Notes: a model not told the origin generated them from the letters alone. Numbered from the stretch's first letter, positions 1 to 7,359 are shown. The stretch is DNA of 64,000 nucleotides from an uncultured virus (IMG/VR IMGVR_UViG_3300044568_006268) (IMGVR_UViG_3300044568_006268:62001-126000), one strand, 5' to 3'. A program made the numbers and translations.

Positions 1-269
1 TCACGGAATTCCTCATCTTTTACGTTTCTCCAAAGATCTGGTGTAACTCCGATAAGTTCACCAGCTAATCCTCTCTTTTCCCACATTGCTTGCATTTTAG
101 CAAGTCCAGCATGTCTCCATGAAGAACTCATTACAATCTTAGCTCCAGTTTCATCTACAATTCGTTTTAGATTGTCCATGAAATGTTGATGGAATATTTG
201 ACCAAACTCATCGTGACCTTGTCCTATCACGTTAAGCACTCCGTCGATATCAAGAAATATTACTTTCAT
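1..269 (-). CDS. HAD-family phosphatase (Swiss-army-knife RNA-repair HAD type), runs off the window edge
   Basis: Manual translation from ATG at 269: MKVIFLDIDGVLN (DxDGV motif), later IVMSSSW; ATGA overlap with the upstream ORF. Confidence 0.75.
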   Translation of the reverse strand, partial: MKVIFLDIDGVLNVIGQGHDEFGQIFHQHFMDNLKRIVDETGAKIVMSSSWRHAGLAKMQAMWEKRGLAGELIGVTPDLWRNVKDEEFR

Positions 270-535
270 AACTTAAAGTATTTGCCTACTTTATCTAGCA
301 TTACCATATCTCGATTATCTTTAAAGGGCAGATCATCAATATCTTCGTATAAGTTTTGAACAAATACGTCTGCTTTATTTTTTGCAATGTAATTATTAAG
401 TTCCTTACGTTTTAAAGCAATTACAATTTCTTTAAGTTCGTCGACAGATAAGCCATCCAAATCACCAGATCCATCACTATAAACTTTGATTTCTCGAGCA
501 AGTGTAATAATAAAATTTGGTGATGATTTAACCAT
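266..535 (-). CDS. hypothetical protein
   Basis: 89 aa ORF, coupled to the next gene. Confidence 0.6.
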   Translation of the reverse strand: MVKSSPNFIITLAREIKVYSDGSGDLDGLSVDELKEIVIALKRKELNNYIAKNKADVFVQNLYEDIDDLPFKDNRDMVMLDKVGKYFKL

Positions 536-703
536 TTGATTTGTTCATTACGATTCCTAATTTATTCATATCAGCAAGATTTCCTTTAACATACTTTTTA
601 TTCCATTCTCCGTATGATAGGTTATAATTAATTTCCACCCAAAGATTAAAACCGCCAAACCATCTGCGAGTCCAAAAGTATTTTCCTGTTAGTCTTTTTT
701 CGT

Positions 704-1000
704 TCATATTAATTGGCCGTTTTCAATTTCTTCGGATCTCTTCAATAAACTAACTTCCTTTCTAATTTCACGTCTCCACCATTCCTTTGTAAGCTTAGGA
801 TTATGAATGTCCTTATAAATAGTAAATGCTACTTTAGGTTTTGCAATTTCTATTTCTTCACCCCATAAAATCCATTTCTTACGTTTAGTAATTTCCATAC
901 CATCGTAAAACTCGGTATATTCATAACTGTCGCATTCATTAGCTTCGCATTGAACGGCATATTGAAATTTTCTACCGTCGATTTCTATTTCTTTTAACAT
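704..1000 (-). CDS. hypothetical protein
   Basis: 98 aa ORF, TAATG overlap. Confidence 0.65.
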   Translation of the reverse strand: MLKEIEIDGRKFQYAVQCEANECDSYEYTEFYDGMEITKRKKWILWGEEIEIAKPKVAFTIYKDIHNPKLTKEWWRREIRKEVSLLKRSEEIENGQLI

Positions 1001-1191
1001 TATTCATTAGATATTAAGGCACCTAGCCAAGTTAATTCAAGTCCAACAACAAGTATTCTTCCACCGATAGAGTCAAATAACCACCAATGCATAGGATTAA
1101 AGTCCATAGCAACGAAAGAACCTACTACATAACATGATATATGCAATAGAATATAAAGCGCGAGTTTAAATAGATTTCTCTTCATTATCAA
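1000..1191 (-). CDS. small membrane protein
   Basis: Two hydrophobic segments. Confidence 0.55.
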   Translation of the reverse strand: MIMKRNLFKLALYILLHISCYVVGSFVAMDFNPMHWWLFDSIGGRILVVGLELTWLGALISNE

Positions 1192-1411
1192 GTATTTGAT
1201 TTTGGGTAGTATTAACTGATGCCGGAAATAACATTCGAGTAAGTAACATCATTAAGAACATATCGTTATACGATACGAAAGGTCCATCAAAAATTCTTGG
1301 TACAGTAAGATTCCAAAGAATCATGGTTGGAAATGCAAATACGGCAATTACAATAGCAGCAAGAATAAAATACTGAAAAGTTGCACTTATTCCGAGTAAG
1401 ATTGTCTTCAT
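1166..1411 (-). CDS. small membrane protein
   Basis: Hydrophobic 81 aa ORF downstream of a promoter box. Confidence 0.6.
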   Translation of the reverse strand: MKTILLGISATFQYFILAAIVIAVFAFPTMILWNLTVPRIFDGPFVSYNDMFLMMLLTRMLFPASVNTTQNQILDNEEKSI

Positions 1412-1508
1412 AATAAATAGTTTATTGTTATATGTTTGAAAGAGTAAATATAATCAACATTATCTAAAAATGAAAACTTTAGAGCATTTAGTTATTAACA
1501 AATACAAC

Positions 1509-1535
1509 AAAAGCTCAATCTTACGATTAAGCTTT
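1509..1535 (-). terminator. intrinsic terminator ending the His/Ser/Arg/Gln/Thr/Leu tRNA block
   Basis: AAAGCTTAATC-loop-GATTGAGCTTTTG on the minus strand. Confidence 0.6.
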
Positions 1536-1592
1536 ATCGAAGGTATATTAGGCCATACCAATAACCAGGACCTTTTCCCTAGGGAAATGTCG

Positions 1593-1675
1593 TGACCAAA
1601 GAGGGACTCGAACCCTCACGCTCAAAGAGCACCAGCTTCTTAGACTGGCGTGTCTACCAATTCCACCACTCGGCC
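1593..1675 (-). tRNA. tRNA-Leu(AAG), A34 anticodon
   Basis: Stem CCAGT/GCTGG, loop CT-AAG-AA, long variable arm, GGTTCGAGTCC T-arm. Confidence 0.85.
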
Positions 1676-1803
1676 GTAATGAGCAATCCTATGGAATTAC
1701 TGCAGTTTATCCAAAGGTCGTATATAGCTTGCAGACTAAGATTCTGCTGGATTTTCACCTTCATAAAGCTGGATATCAACGACCCTTATCGCGATTCTCA
1801 TTG

Positions 1804-1877
1804 TACCCGAGATGGGACTCGAACCCACACTGTACAGGGTTTAAGTCTGATGCCTCTTCCAATTGGGCTACCCGGGC
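1804..1877 (-). tRNA. tRNA-Leu(TAA), short variable arm
   Basis: Cloverleaf, loop CT-TAA-AC, imperfect anticodon stem. Confidence 0.8.
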
Positions 1878-2044
1878 AAATTAAAGAAGTAAGAAAATGA
1901 ACTCCTTAACAGCTGAACGTTCAATAACTTTAAGAATCATTTTGCTTGTATCTCTAGGATTTGCAACTCCTATAAATTCACAAAATGCTTTTTGTTTATT
2001 CATTATTGTTCATTTCAATTTTGTTATTGCATTATTAGGAATAA

Positions 2045-2115
2045 CGATACTATAGGACTCGAACCTATACCTTCCAGCTCGCTCGCCGGAATTCTACCAA
2101 ATTAAACTAAATACC
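2045..2115 (-). ncRNA. tRNA-like RNA with non-canonical anticodon loop
   Basis: D-arm and T-arm present; TTCCGGC-GAGCGA-GCTGGAA replaces the 7-nt loop. Confidence 0.6.
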
Positions 2116-2153
2116 AACCTTTTTATCTCAATAACAAAAGATGTCCTTCTTTG

Positions 2154-2226
2154 TACCTAAGGAGGGATTCGAACCCACACTGTCATGCTCCTAAGGCATG
2201 TGCCTCTTCCGTTGGGCTACTTAGGC
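2154..2226 (-). tRNA. tRNA-Leu(TAG)
   Basis: CATGC-CTTAGGA-GCATG. Confidence 0.9.
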
Positions 2227-2434
2227 AAATTGGTAAGTGATGGCCTACTTGTTACCATCTGTCTCTGTTTAGTTGCAACCACTAATCCTGAATGTAGAGA
2301 ACTTACCTTTTGTTTTATGTTAGCTAATAAACATTGTTTCTAATGTTATTAACATCATCTTTTTAATTTTTGTACATTATAATATACATTAAGCCACAAT
2401 ATGACGTGTTTTGTATATTATAGTGTACATTTTG

Positions 2435-2507
2435 AGCTGACAATCAGGATCGAACTGATGACCTCTTCGATACCAACGAAGTGTTCTTCCAACTGAACTA
2501 TGTCTGC
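2435..2507 (-). tRNA. tRNA-Thr(GGT)
   Basis: CTTCG-TTGGTAT-CGAAG. Confidence 0.9.
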
Positions 2508-2513
2508 ATATTA

Positions 2514-2612
2514 CAGGGTTGTTAATTACCTCTTTCGAGGATTTCGGAGTTGAACCGATAGACAAAATTTCAAGTTTCGTGTTTAACCAATAGTTGTTTG
2601 CTGAAACAACCC
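2514..2612 (-). ncRNA. structured RNA: GGGTTGTT-TCAGCAA...AACAACCCTG helix enclosing a tRNA core
   Basis: 8-bp closing helix; internal D-like TGGTTAAAC, CGAAA-CTTGAAA-TTTTG arm, TCGG-TTCAACT-CCGA T-arm. Confidence 0.55.
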
Positions 2613-2617
2613 TTTTG

Positions 2618-2691
2618 AGCTGACAGTCAGGATCGAACTGACTCTGTTCCGGGTTACAAATCCGGTGCACCACCATTCATGCGTTGCCAGC
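2618..2691 (-). tRNA. tRNA-Thr(TGT)
   Basis: CCGGA-TTTGTAA-CCCGG. Confidence 0.85.
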
Positions 2692-2701
2692 ATATGTTTC
2701 G

Positions 2702-2772
2702 TTGGGATACTAGGTTTCGAACCTAGGCGGACTGGCTCAAAACCAGTAATGCTACCGTTACATCATATCCCA
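2702..2772 (-). tRNA. tRNA-Gln(TTG)
   Basis: ACTGG-TTTTGAG-CCAGT. Confidence 0.85.
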
Positions 2773-2778
2773 ATGTAG

Positions 2779-2849
2779 TTATCCGAGGTGGATTCGAACC
2801 ACCAATGACTGCACCAAAAACAGTAGTGTTACCGTTACACTATCGGACA
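2779..2849 (-). tRNA. tRNA-Gln(TTG)
   Basis: ACTGT-TTTTGGT-GCAGT. Confidence 0.9.
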
Positions 2850-2850
2850 G

Positions 2851-2924
2851 TGACCATAATAGGATTCGAACCTATAACCGCTGGTTTAGAAAACCAGTGC
2901 TCTATCCAATTGAGCTATATGGCC
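2851..2924 (-). tRNA. tRNA-Arg(TCT)
   Basis: CTGGT-TTTCTAA-ACCAG. Confidence 0.9.
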
Positions 2925-2995
2925 AATTAAGTTCTCCAACCCTGGAACTTATACATATCATCATTAAGCGGTCACATAGAATGTGAGATATGTTG

Positions 2996-3081
2996 AAGAG
3001 AAGATGGGACTCGAACCCACAAACCGAATTAACGGTTAACGGATTAGCAATCCGCTGCAGTACCATTATGCTTACTTCTCT
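2996..3081 (-). tRNA. tRNA-Ser(GCT)
   Basis: GCGGA-TTGCTAA-TCCGT, long variable arm. Confidence 0.9.
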
Positions 3082-3189
3082 ATAAAAAGTTAAAGGCAGA
3101 ATTCCAAATCTGCATTTTTATTCTAAAACGAGAATAACGTGAGTTTTATCGATACGTCTATCGAGGCAATTATCACTACTTTAACTTAA

Positions 3190-3279
3190 TGGAGGAGAGA
3201 GTGGGATTCGAACCCACGGAACGCTTTCACGCTCAATAGTTTTCAAGACTATCCTAATCAACCTCTCTAGCACCTCTCC
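3190..3279 (-). tRNA. tRNA-Ser(TGA), encoded CCA
   Basis: ATAGT-CTTGAAA-ACTAT, long variable arm. Confidence 0.9.
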
Positions 3280-3285
3280 ATTATT

Positions 3286-3363
3286 TGGGGTGGAAGACGG
3301 GACTCGAACCCGCGATCTCTAGAACCACAATCTAGCGCTTTAACCAACTAAGCTACAACCACC
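3286..3363 (-). tRNA. tRNA-His(GTG), encoded CCA
   Basis: CTAGA-TTGTGGT-TCTAG, G-1. Confidence 0.9.
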
Positions 3364-3374
3364 ATGTATAAAAC

Positions 3375-3409
3375 AAAAAAGCTCGATTCATTTGATAGAA
3401 CCGAGCTTT
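3375..3409 (-). terminator. attenuator terminator C
   Basis: AAAGCTCGGTTC-loop-GAATCGAGCTTTTTTG between leader C and tRNA-His. Confidence 0.85.
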
Positions 3410-3443
3410 GCAATTTAGTATTTATATTTTCACATAAGAACCA

Positions 3444-3518
3444 TCACACTTCGGTACTGTTTTCAGATCTTGTTAGATGCTGAAGCGACGTTAACGATAA
3501 TGTACTTGAAGTTCTCAT
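3444..3518 (-). CDS. leader peptide C, MRTSSTLSLTSLQHLTRSENSTEV
   Basis: Manual translation; codons 2-18 are only R/T/S/L/Q/H, the amino acids of the downstream tRNAs. Confidence 0.85.
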   Translation of the reverse strand: MRTSSTLSLTSLQHLTRSENSTEV

Positions 3519-3550
3519 TGTTTGTAATTTATTATTTTTTATATATACTG

Positions 3551-3578
3551 TTATATGTCTAAAATTGCTGAGAGTTTC
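3551..3578 (-). promoter_or_regulatory. GAAACT-N15-CATATAA promoter, block C
   Basis: Same bipartite motif and spacing at 6140, 9470, 44908 and 56118. Confidence 0.7.
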
Positions 3579-3602
3579 AAAAAACTTTCAATTTATTTTC
3601 TA

Positions 3603-3701
3603 GTGAAGACAATTGGGATCGAACCAATGGCACGCCTATGTTCCTTATCGATCATACCAATAAGTACTGAAGGTTGCTCTACCAACTGAGCTATATCTTC
3701 A
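3603..3701 (-). ncRNA. tRNA-like RNA with expanded anticodon arm
   Basis: Acceptor, D (TAGCTCAGTTGGTAGAGC) and T arms intact; extra CTTATTGGT/ATCGATAAG hairpin in place of the anticodon loop. Confidence 0.7.
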
Positions 3702-3705
3702 TTTG

Positions 3706-3776
3706 TAGCGGATTAAGGACTCGAACCTCGCCATTGGGTTATGAGCCCGATATGCTACCAATTACACTAAACCGCA
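3706..3776 (-). tRNA. tRNA-Met(CAT), initiator-like
   Basis: GGG-CTCATAA-CCC. Confidence 0.8.
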
Positions 3777-3778
3777 AG

Positions 3779-3875
3779 ATGACCTTAAGGATTCGAACCT
3801 TTAACTTGTTTCCTCTTTTAGTTTTGCAAACCTACTCAATTCTACCGTGCCCAATACACTATTGCCAATCGTCAT
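3779..3875 (-). ncRNA. degenerate/expanded tRNA-like RNA (possible GCA loop)
   Basis: AAGGTTCGAATCCTT T-arm, TGAC/GTCA ends, TTGCAAA loop; irregular D region. Confidence 0.4.
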
Positions 3876-3917
3876 TTTCGAACATGACAGCCTTAAGTTA
3901 ATTACTCTTAAGATTTG

Positions 3918-3989
3918 TAGTCCCACCGGGAATCGAACCCGACTTTTCAGGATGAAAACCTGATGACCTAACCGATAGTCGATAGGACC
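3918..3989 (-). tRNA. tRNA-Glu(TTC)
   Basis: TCAGG-TTTTCAT-CCTGA. Confidence 0.9.
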
Positions 3990-4172
3990 AATTAAGTTAT
4001 ATCAAATTCTCCCGCAGAGATACCGACCCATTGCTGAGCCAGAGAGGACTTGAACCTCTGATTCTCAATAACTAATTTAAAAGAATTAAAGAGTAGAGCT
4101 CTTCAACGATTTCGGCATTTCAGCTGGATCTTTATGCCAACTTCCTAATCCTTAGTCCGTTTAATTCTTGTA

Positions 4173-4247
4173 GTATTATGTACGGGACTCGAACCCGTGT
4201 TATCAACGTGAAAGGCTGACGTCCTAGACCAACTAGACGAACATAAC
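4173..4247 (-). tRNA. tRNA-Glu(TTC)
   Basis: TCAGC-CTTTCAC-GTTGA. Confidence 0.9.
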
Positions 4248-4251
4248 ATTT

Positions 4252-4464
4252 TTAAGCTTCTTCAGAGACAAGTCCTAAAACTTCTTCTCTGTAAATTTTA
4301 TTCAATTCACTTACTTCAATATCGATATTCGTTTGTGGATATCGGTGAAGTAAAATCTTAACTAATCTGATTCGTTTCTCAGCCAAATCTTGATTAAAGT
4401 CCATTTCAATCATTGCATCACTTAAATGAGATTGAATTGCGATTGATAATTTGATAGTTTCCAT
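4252..4464 (-). CDS. hypothetical protein
   Basis: 70 aa ORF behind a promoter box at 4488-4546. Confidence 0.65.
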   Translation of the reverse strand: METIKLSIAIQSHLSDAMIEMDFNQDLAEKRIRLVKILLHRYPQTNIDIEVSELNKIYREEVLGLVSEEA

Positions 4465-4558
4465 AATGTGATTGTTTAATTTTAATAAGTAAAACTAATC
4501 AATTTAATTGACATATGGAAATTATTTTTCAAAAAGTTATTAACAATTTTAAAATAAA

Positions 4559-4732
4559 AAGTTTGTCACCGGCACAGATTGGTGAATACCCAAGTACAAC
4601 CGAATGTACCCGATACCTTACTAACAAAATGAACGGATCTGTGTTTCCTGTATGCGGCAAGTGACCTCCTTCCTTGCTTGTGTTTCCGTATCGATGTGTG
4701 CGGCAACATACCATTTTGAGTTCAACAAACTT
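4559..4732 (-). ncRNA. candidate structured ncRNA
   Basis: Closing helix AAGTTTGTT/GACAAACTT; internal repeat TTGCCGCA...GGAAACACA twice; directly 3' of tRNA-Met. Confidence 0.45.
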
Positions 4733-4736
4733 CTTG

Positions 4737-4809
4737 TAGCGGGAGCAGGACTCGAACCTGCGACCTTTGGGTTATGAGCCCACTGAGCTACCAACTGCTC
4801 TATCCCGCA
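4737..4809 (-). tRNA. tRNA-fMet(CAT)
   Basis: GGG-CTCATAA-CCC, unpaired 1:72. Confidence 0.9.
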
Positions 4810-4835
4810 ATATACCTTTTAAGTAGAACCATCAA

Positions 4836-5027
4836 CTATATTTCTGTTGATGATTCTAATTGTCTTAATTTTAAACCTTCTTCAATTGTTTGAATGATGT
4901 CCTCAATTATTTGAGCTCGCGTAACATCAAAGTTACCATTCATTCCATTCAAATCTTTTGCATCAATTGCAATAGATCCTACTGACTTACCGTCTTTCTG
5001 TAATTCAATTACTAATGTATCAAACAT
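4836..5027 (-). CDS. hypothetical protein
   Basis: 63 aa ORF. Confidence 0.6.
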   Translation of the reverse strand: MFDTLVIELQKDGKSVGSIAIDAKDLNGMNGNFDVTRAQIIEDIIQTIEEGLKLRQLESSTEI

Positions 5028-5092
5028 AATATAGCTTTTTATTTAATTGTTTTATGCAATTTGAAATAAATTGTTTCTCTTCTTATTAACAT

Positions 5093-5551
5093 CTATCTAC
5101 AGATTCTATCAGCTACATATGAAGCCGAGCATGCATCTGGTTTACATCTAGCGTTATAACCTAATGATTCTACATAACCTAAAGCAGAACGCAGAATTGA
5201 ATTAGATTGATACTTAGGGTCTGGATTAAAATCCAAATCAATAAATGCAGGTTTTTCAATATCATTAGCTTCAAGCCATTGAGCTAATTCAACTGAATCT
5301 TCTACCTCTTTCCAAAGTCTAGTAAATCTATCTAAGATTCTAGGAATTGATTTACGAGAGTAGATAACGTGACCTCCTCGATTACCGTAATGTAAAACAA
5401 TAACCATTGCGTAAATTGTATTTCTTCCAATATTTTGCGAATCTGAACCGATATACATTTTGATGTCTTTACCAGTTGCGAGTTTGTCCTTTAAATAAGG
5501 AATTAAGTCAATTACTTGACCGTTTGTTAACGATTGAAATTTCCGGTCCAT
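5093..5551 (-). CDS. RNase H-like YkuK (DUF458) family protein
   Basis: YIGSDSQ ... EVEDS ... IDLD ... KPDA.SASYVAD pattern. Confidence 0.8.
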   Translation of the reverse strand: MDRKFQSLTNGQVIDLIPYLKDKLATGKDIKMYIGSDSQNIGRNTIYAMVIVLHYGNRGGHVIYSRKSIPRILDRFTRLWKEVEDSVELAQWLEANDIEKPAFIDLDFNPDPKYQSNSILRSALGYVESLGYNARCKPDACSASYVADRICR

Positions 5552-5571
5552 GATTATTAAATTTATGTTAG

Positions 5572-5642
5572 AGGCGAGTATAGGATTCGAACCTATGTAA
5601 CTGATTTTGCAGACCAGCGCCTAACCGCTCGGCCAACTCGCC
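5572..5642 (-). tRNA. tRNA-Cys(GCA)
   Basis: CTGGT-CTGCAAA-ATCAG. Confidence 0.9.
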
Positions 5643-5647
5643 ATTTG

Positions 5648-5719
5648 TGACTCTAGAGAGACTCGAACTCCCATCTCCTGATCCGTAGTCAAGTGTTCTA
5701 TCCATTGAACTATAGAGCC
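5648..5719 (-). tRNA. tRNA-Arg(ACG)
   Basis: CTTGA-CTACGGA-TCAGG. Confidence 0.9.
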
Positions 5720-5728
5720 ATTATTTTG

Positions 5729-5801
5729 TCGGGAAGACAGGACTCGAACCTGCGGCCTCATGCTCCCAAAGCACGCGATCTACCAACTGATCTACTTCCC
5801 G
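5729..5801 (-). tRNA. tRNA-Pro(TGG)
   Basis: CGTGC-TTTGGGA-GCATG. Confidence 0.9.
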
Positions 5802-5848
5802 TGGCAGAGAGGCTTTTGAAGTGCCCTGCTAGTTCATCTTTTAATTTG

Positions 5849-5922
5849 TCGAATAGACAGGAATCGAACCTGCTAACTGATACGTCCAAGGTACCCGTGC
5901 TTAAAACCTTAGTCACTACTCG
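5849..5922 (-). tRNA. tRNA-Pro(TGG), divergent
   Basis: GGTAC-CTTGGAC-GTATC. Confidence 0.75.
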
Positions 5923-5931
5923 TTTAAAAAC

Positions 5932-5967
5932 AAAAAAGCCTGAATCGGTTGAATGATTCAGGCTTTT
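5932..5967 (-). terminator. attenuator terminator B
   Basis: AAAAGCCTGAATC-loop-GATTCAGGCTTTTTTG between leader B and tRNA-Pro. Confidence 0.85.
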
Positions 5968-5988
5968 ATATGATGATGTTACTTTATA

Positions 5989-6084
5989 TCATTCAAAAAC
6001 CTGCATACCATTCTCACATGCCTCAGGACGAGGGCATTCTACTGTTAACTGCGATGTTGTTAGTATGTGTGAAAGTATTAACAT
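5989..6084 (-). CDS. leader peptide B, MLILSHILTTSQLTVECPRPEACENGMQVFE
   Basis: Manual translation; ECPRPEACENGM matches the downstream Pro, Arg(ACG), Cys, Met and Glu tRNAs. Confidence 0.8.
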   Translation of the reverse strand: MLILSHILTTSQLTVECPRPEACENGMQVFE

Positions 6085-6139
6085 TTTAATTTTTATTAGC
6101 AAAGACTCTTTATCTTTGTTTAGTTCTTTTATATATCTT

Positions 6140-6167
6140 TTATATGTTCCGTTATTGCGGAAGTTTC
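6140..6167 (-). promoter_or_regulatory. GAAACT-N15-CATATAA promoter, block B
   Basis: Repeated bipartite motif. Confidence 0.7.
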
Positions 6168-6328
6168 AAAATTATTTTATTCTTTTCTATTTGTGCTTTA
6201 ATCTTAGCAATCTTTTCTGGACTAGGATTTCTATCTATCGTATACGAAACACCCATCTTGTCCATGTAATCGTAAAGAAGTTGCATATCTTCATTAGTAG
6301 TTTTAGTTGTTTTCATAATAACTATTTG

Positions 6329-6402
6329 AGCGGATATTCGGATTCGAACCGAAACTTCAGACTTGGAAGGCCCACGTGCTAGCCGTTAAACACCATACCC
6401 GC
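6329..6402 (-). tRNA. tRNA-Gly(TCC)
   Basis: loop CT-TCC-AA. Confidence 0.88.
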
Positions 6403-6412
6403 ATTTTGTTTG

Positions 6413-6485
6413 AGCAATAAATCAGATTCGAACTGACGACCTCTACCTTGGCAAGGTAATGCTCTACCAACTGAGCTATTATTGC
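6413..6485 (-). tRNA. tRNA-Gly(GCC)
   Basis: TTACC-TTGCCAA-GGTAG. Confidence 0.9.
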
Positions 6486-6552
6486 ATTTGAAGGACTTGC
6501 ACCTTCTGGACATGGTTTGTTTCGCCTAAGTCGCCATGTCAACAGACCCGAG

Positions 6553-6624
6553 AGGGCAGAGTGAGATTCGAACTCACGACCAGTTGATTAACAGTCAACT
6601 GCTCTACCGCTGAGCTATCCACCC
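6553..6624 (-). tRNA. tRNA-Asn(GTT)
   Basis: GTTGA-CTGTTAA-TCAAC. Confidence 0.88.
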
Positions 6625-6630
6625 TTATTG

Positions 6631-6741
6631 CAGGAATGTAAGGAATCGAACCTTAGCATCTTCCGAGACAGGGAGTAATTTATGCAGAATACAATCTTCG
6701 CAGATTGAGTTTTAAGCGTGCTACCATTACACCACATTCCT
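6631..6741 (-). ncRNA. tRNA-Asp(GTC)-like RNA with a 40-nt insertion (6674-6713) in the anticodon stem
   Basis: Removing the insert gives CTTCC-CTGTCTC-GGAAG; G73 discriminator. Confidence 0.65.
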
Positions 6742-6749
6742 GTATTTTG

Positions 6750-6866
6750 TGGGCTCATATGGGCTCGAACCATAATCTCTTCCTAATGACATCCTACCAT
6801 ACTAAAAAGGAATCGAACCTTAGACTCATTATCGAGAAAGCGCTTTGCCAATTAAGCTAATCGCCC
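6750..6866 (-). ncRNA. tRNA-like RNA with a second, permuted T/D elbow in place of the anticodon loop
   Basis: Outer cloverleaf arms; inner TAATGA[AAGGTTCGATTCCTT...TAGTATGGTAGGATG]TCATTA. Confidence 0.65.
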
Positions 6867-6872
6867 ATGTAG

Positions 6873-7004
6873 TGAAGAATCCTAGACTCGAACTAGGAAT
6901 GTCAATTAAGACGCCGGTTTTACATCCTTTAAATTGCTGAATAAACACTTTGCACAGTGTTTGCCTTTTTGGACCGGAGCGTTTACCAATTCCGCCAATT
7001 CTTC
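6873..7004 (-). ncRNA. tRNA-Tyr(GTA)-like RNA with a 47-nt insertion (6925-6971) in the anticodon loop
   Basis: Removing the insert gives CCGGT-CTGTAAA-ACCGG; G1:C72, A73, long variable arm. Confidence 0.7.
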
Positions 7005-7011
7005 ATTATTG

Positions 7012-7083
7012 TTCTCCCGCTGGGAGTCGAACCCAGCCTCATAGATTAAAAGTCTATTGCCCACACCAGTCTGCTACGAGAGA
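7012..7083 (-). tRNA. tRNA-Lys(TTT), divergent
   Basis: ATAGA-CTTTTAA-TCTAT. Confidence 0.8.
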
Positions 7084-7169
7084 TTGTAAAGTTTTCTATT
7101 GCCAACCTCTCAACAGTGTAGAGTATTGACCTATCTATGTTTTCGCTTCATGTTCATTATATTATTTAG

Positions 7170-7243
7170 TGGCCAAGCCTGGACTCGAACCAGGGACCTT
7201 CGCATTATGAGTGCGCCGCTCTAACCAACTGAGCTACATGGCC
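7170..7243 (-). tRNA. tRNA(CAT), Ile2 or elongator Met
   Basis: CGCA-CTCATAA-TGCG. Confidence 0.85.
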
Positions 7244-7359
7244 AAAAATGTAGGGTTATCCGGTACCTACACTGATTAATGACAATCAGACCATCGTTCA
7301 CCACCTGTAAGAGCCTAACGATAGATACTGTACTTGCTTACACTCAAGTATCCGCTGGG

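Noticed and set aside
3603..3701. Possible Sec or opal-suppressor tRNA (contains CTTCA)
   Set aside because: TCA is not in a 7-nt loop on a 5-bp stem, and the acceptor and variable arms lack Sec features
1592..6542. ORF-track entries 1592..1900, 2389..2676, 3674..3901, 5693..5956, 6065..6382, 6357..6542
   Set aside because: They overlap tRNA genes or leaders and translate to typical tRNA-shadow peptides
6488..6550. Additional tRNA between the Asn and Gly genes
   Set aside because: Only a T-arm-like GAAGGTGCAAGTCCTTC and one hairpin; no cloverleaf
6674..6971. Group I introns in the interrupted tRNAs
   Set aside because: Inserts are only 40-47 nt and lack the catalytic core
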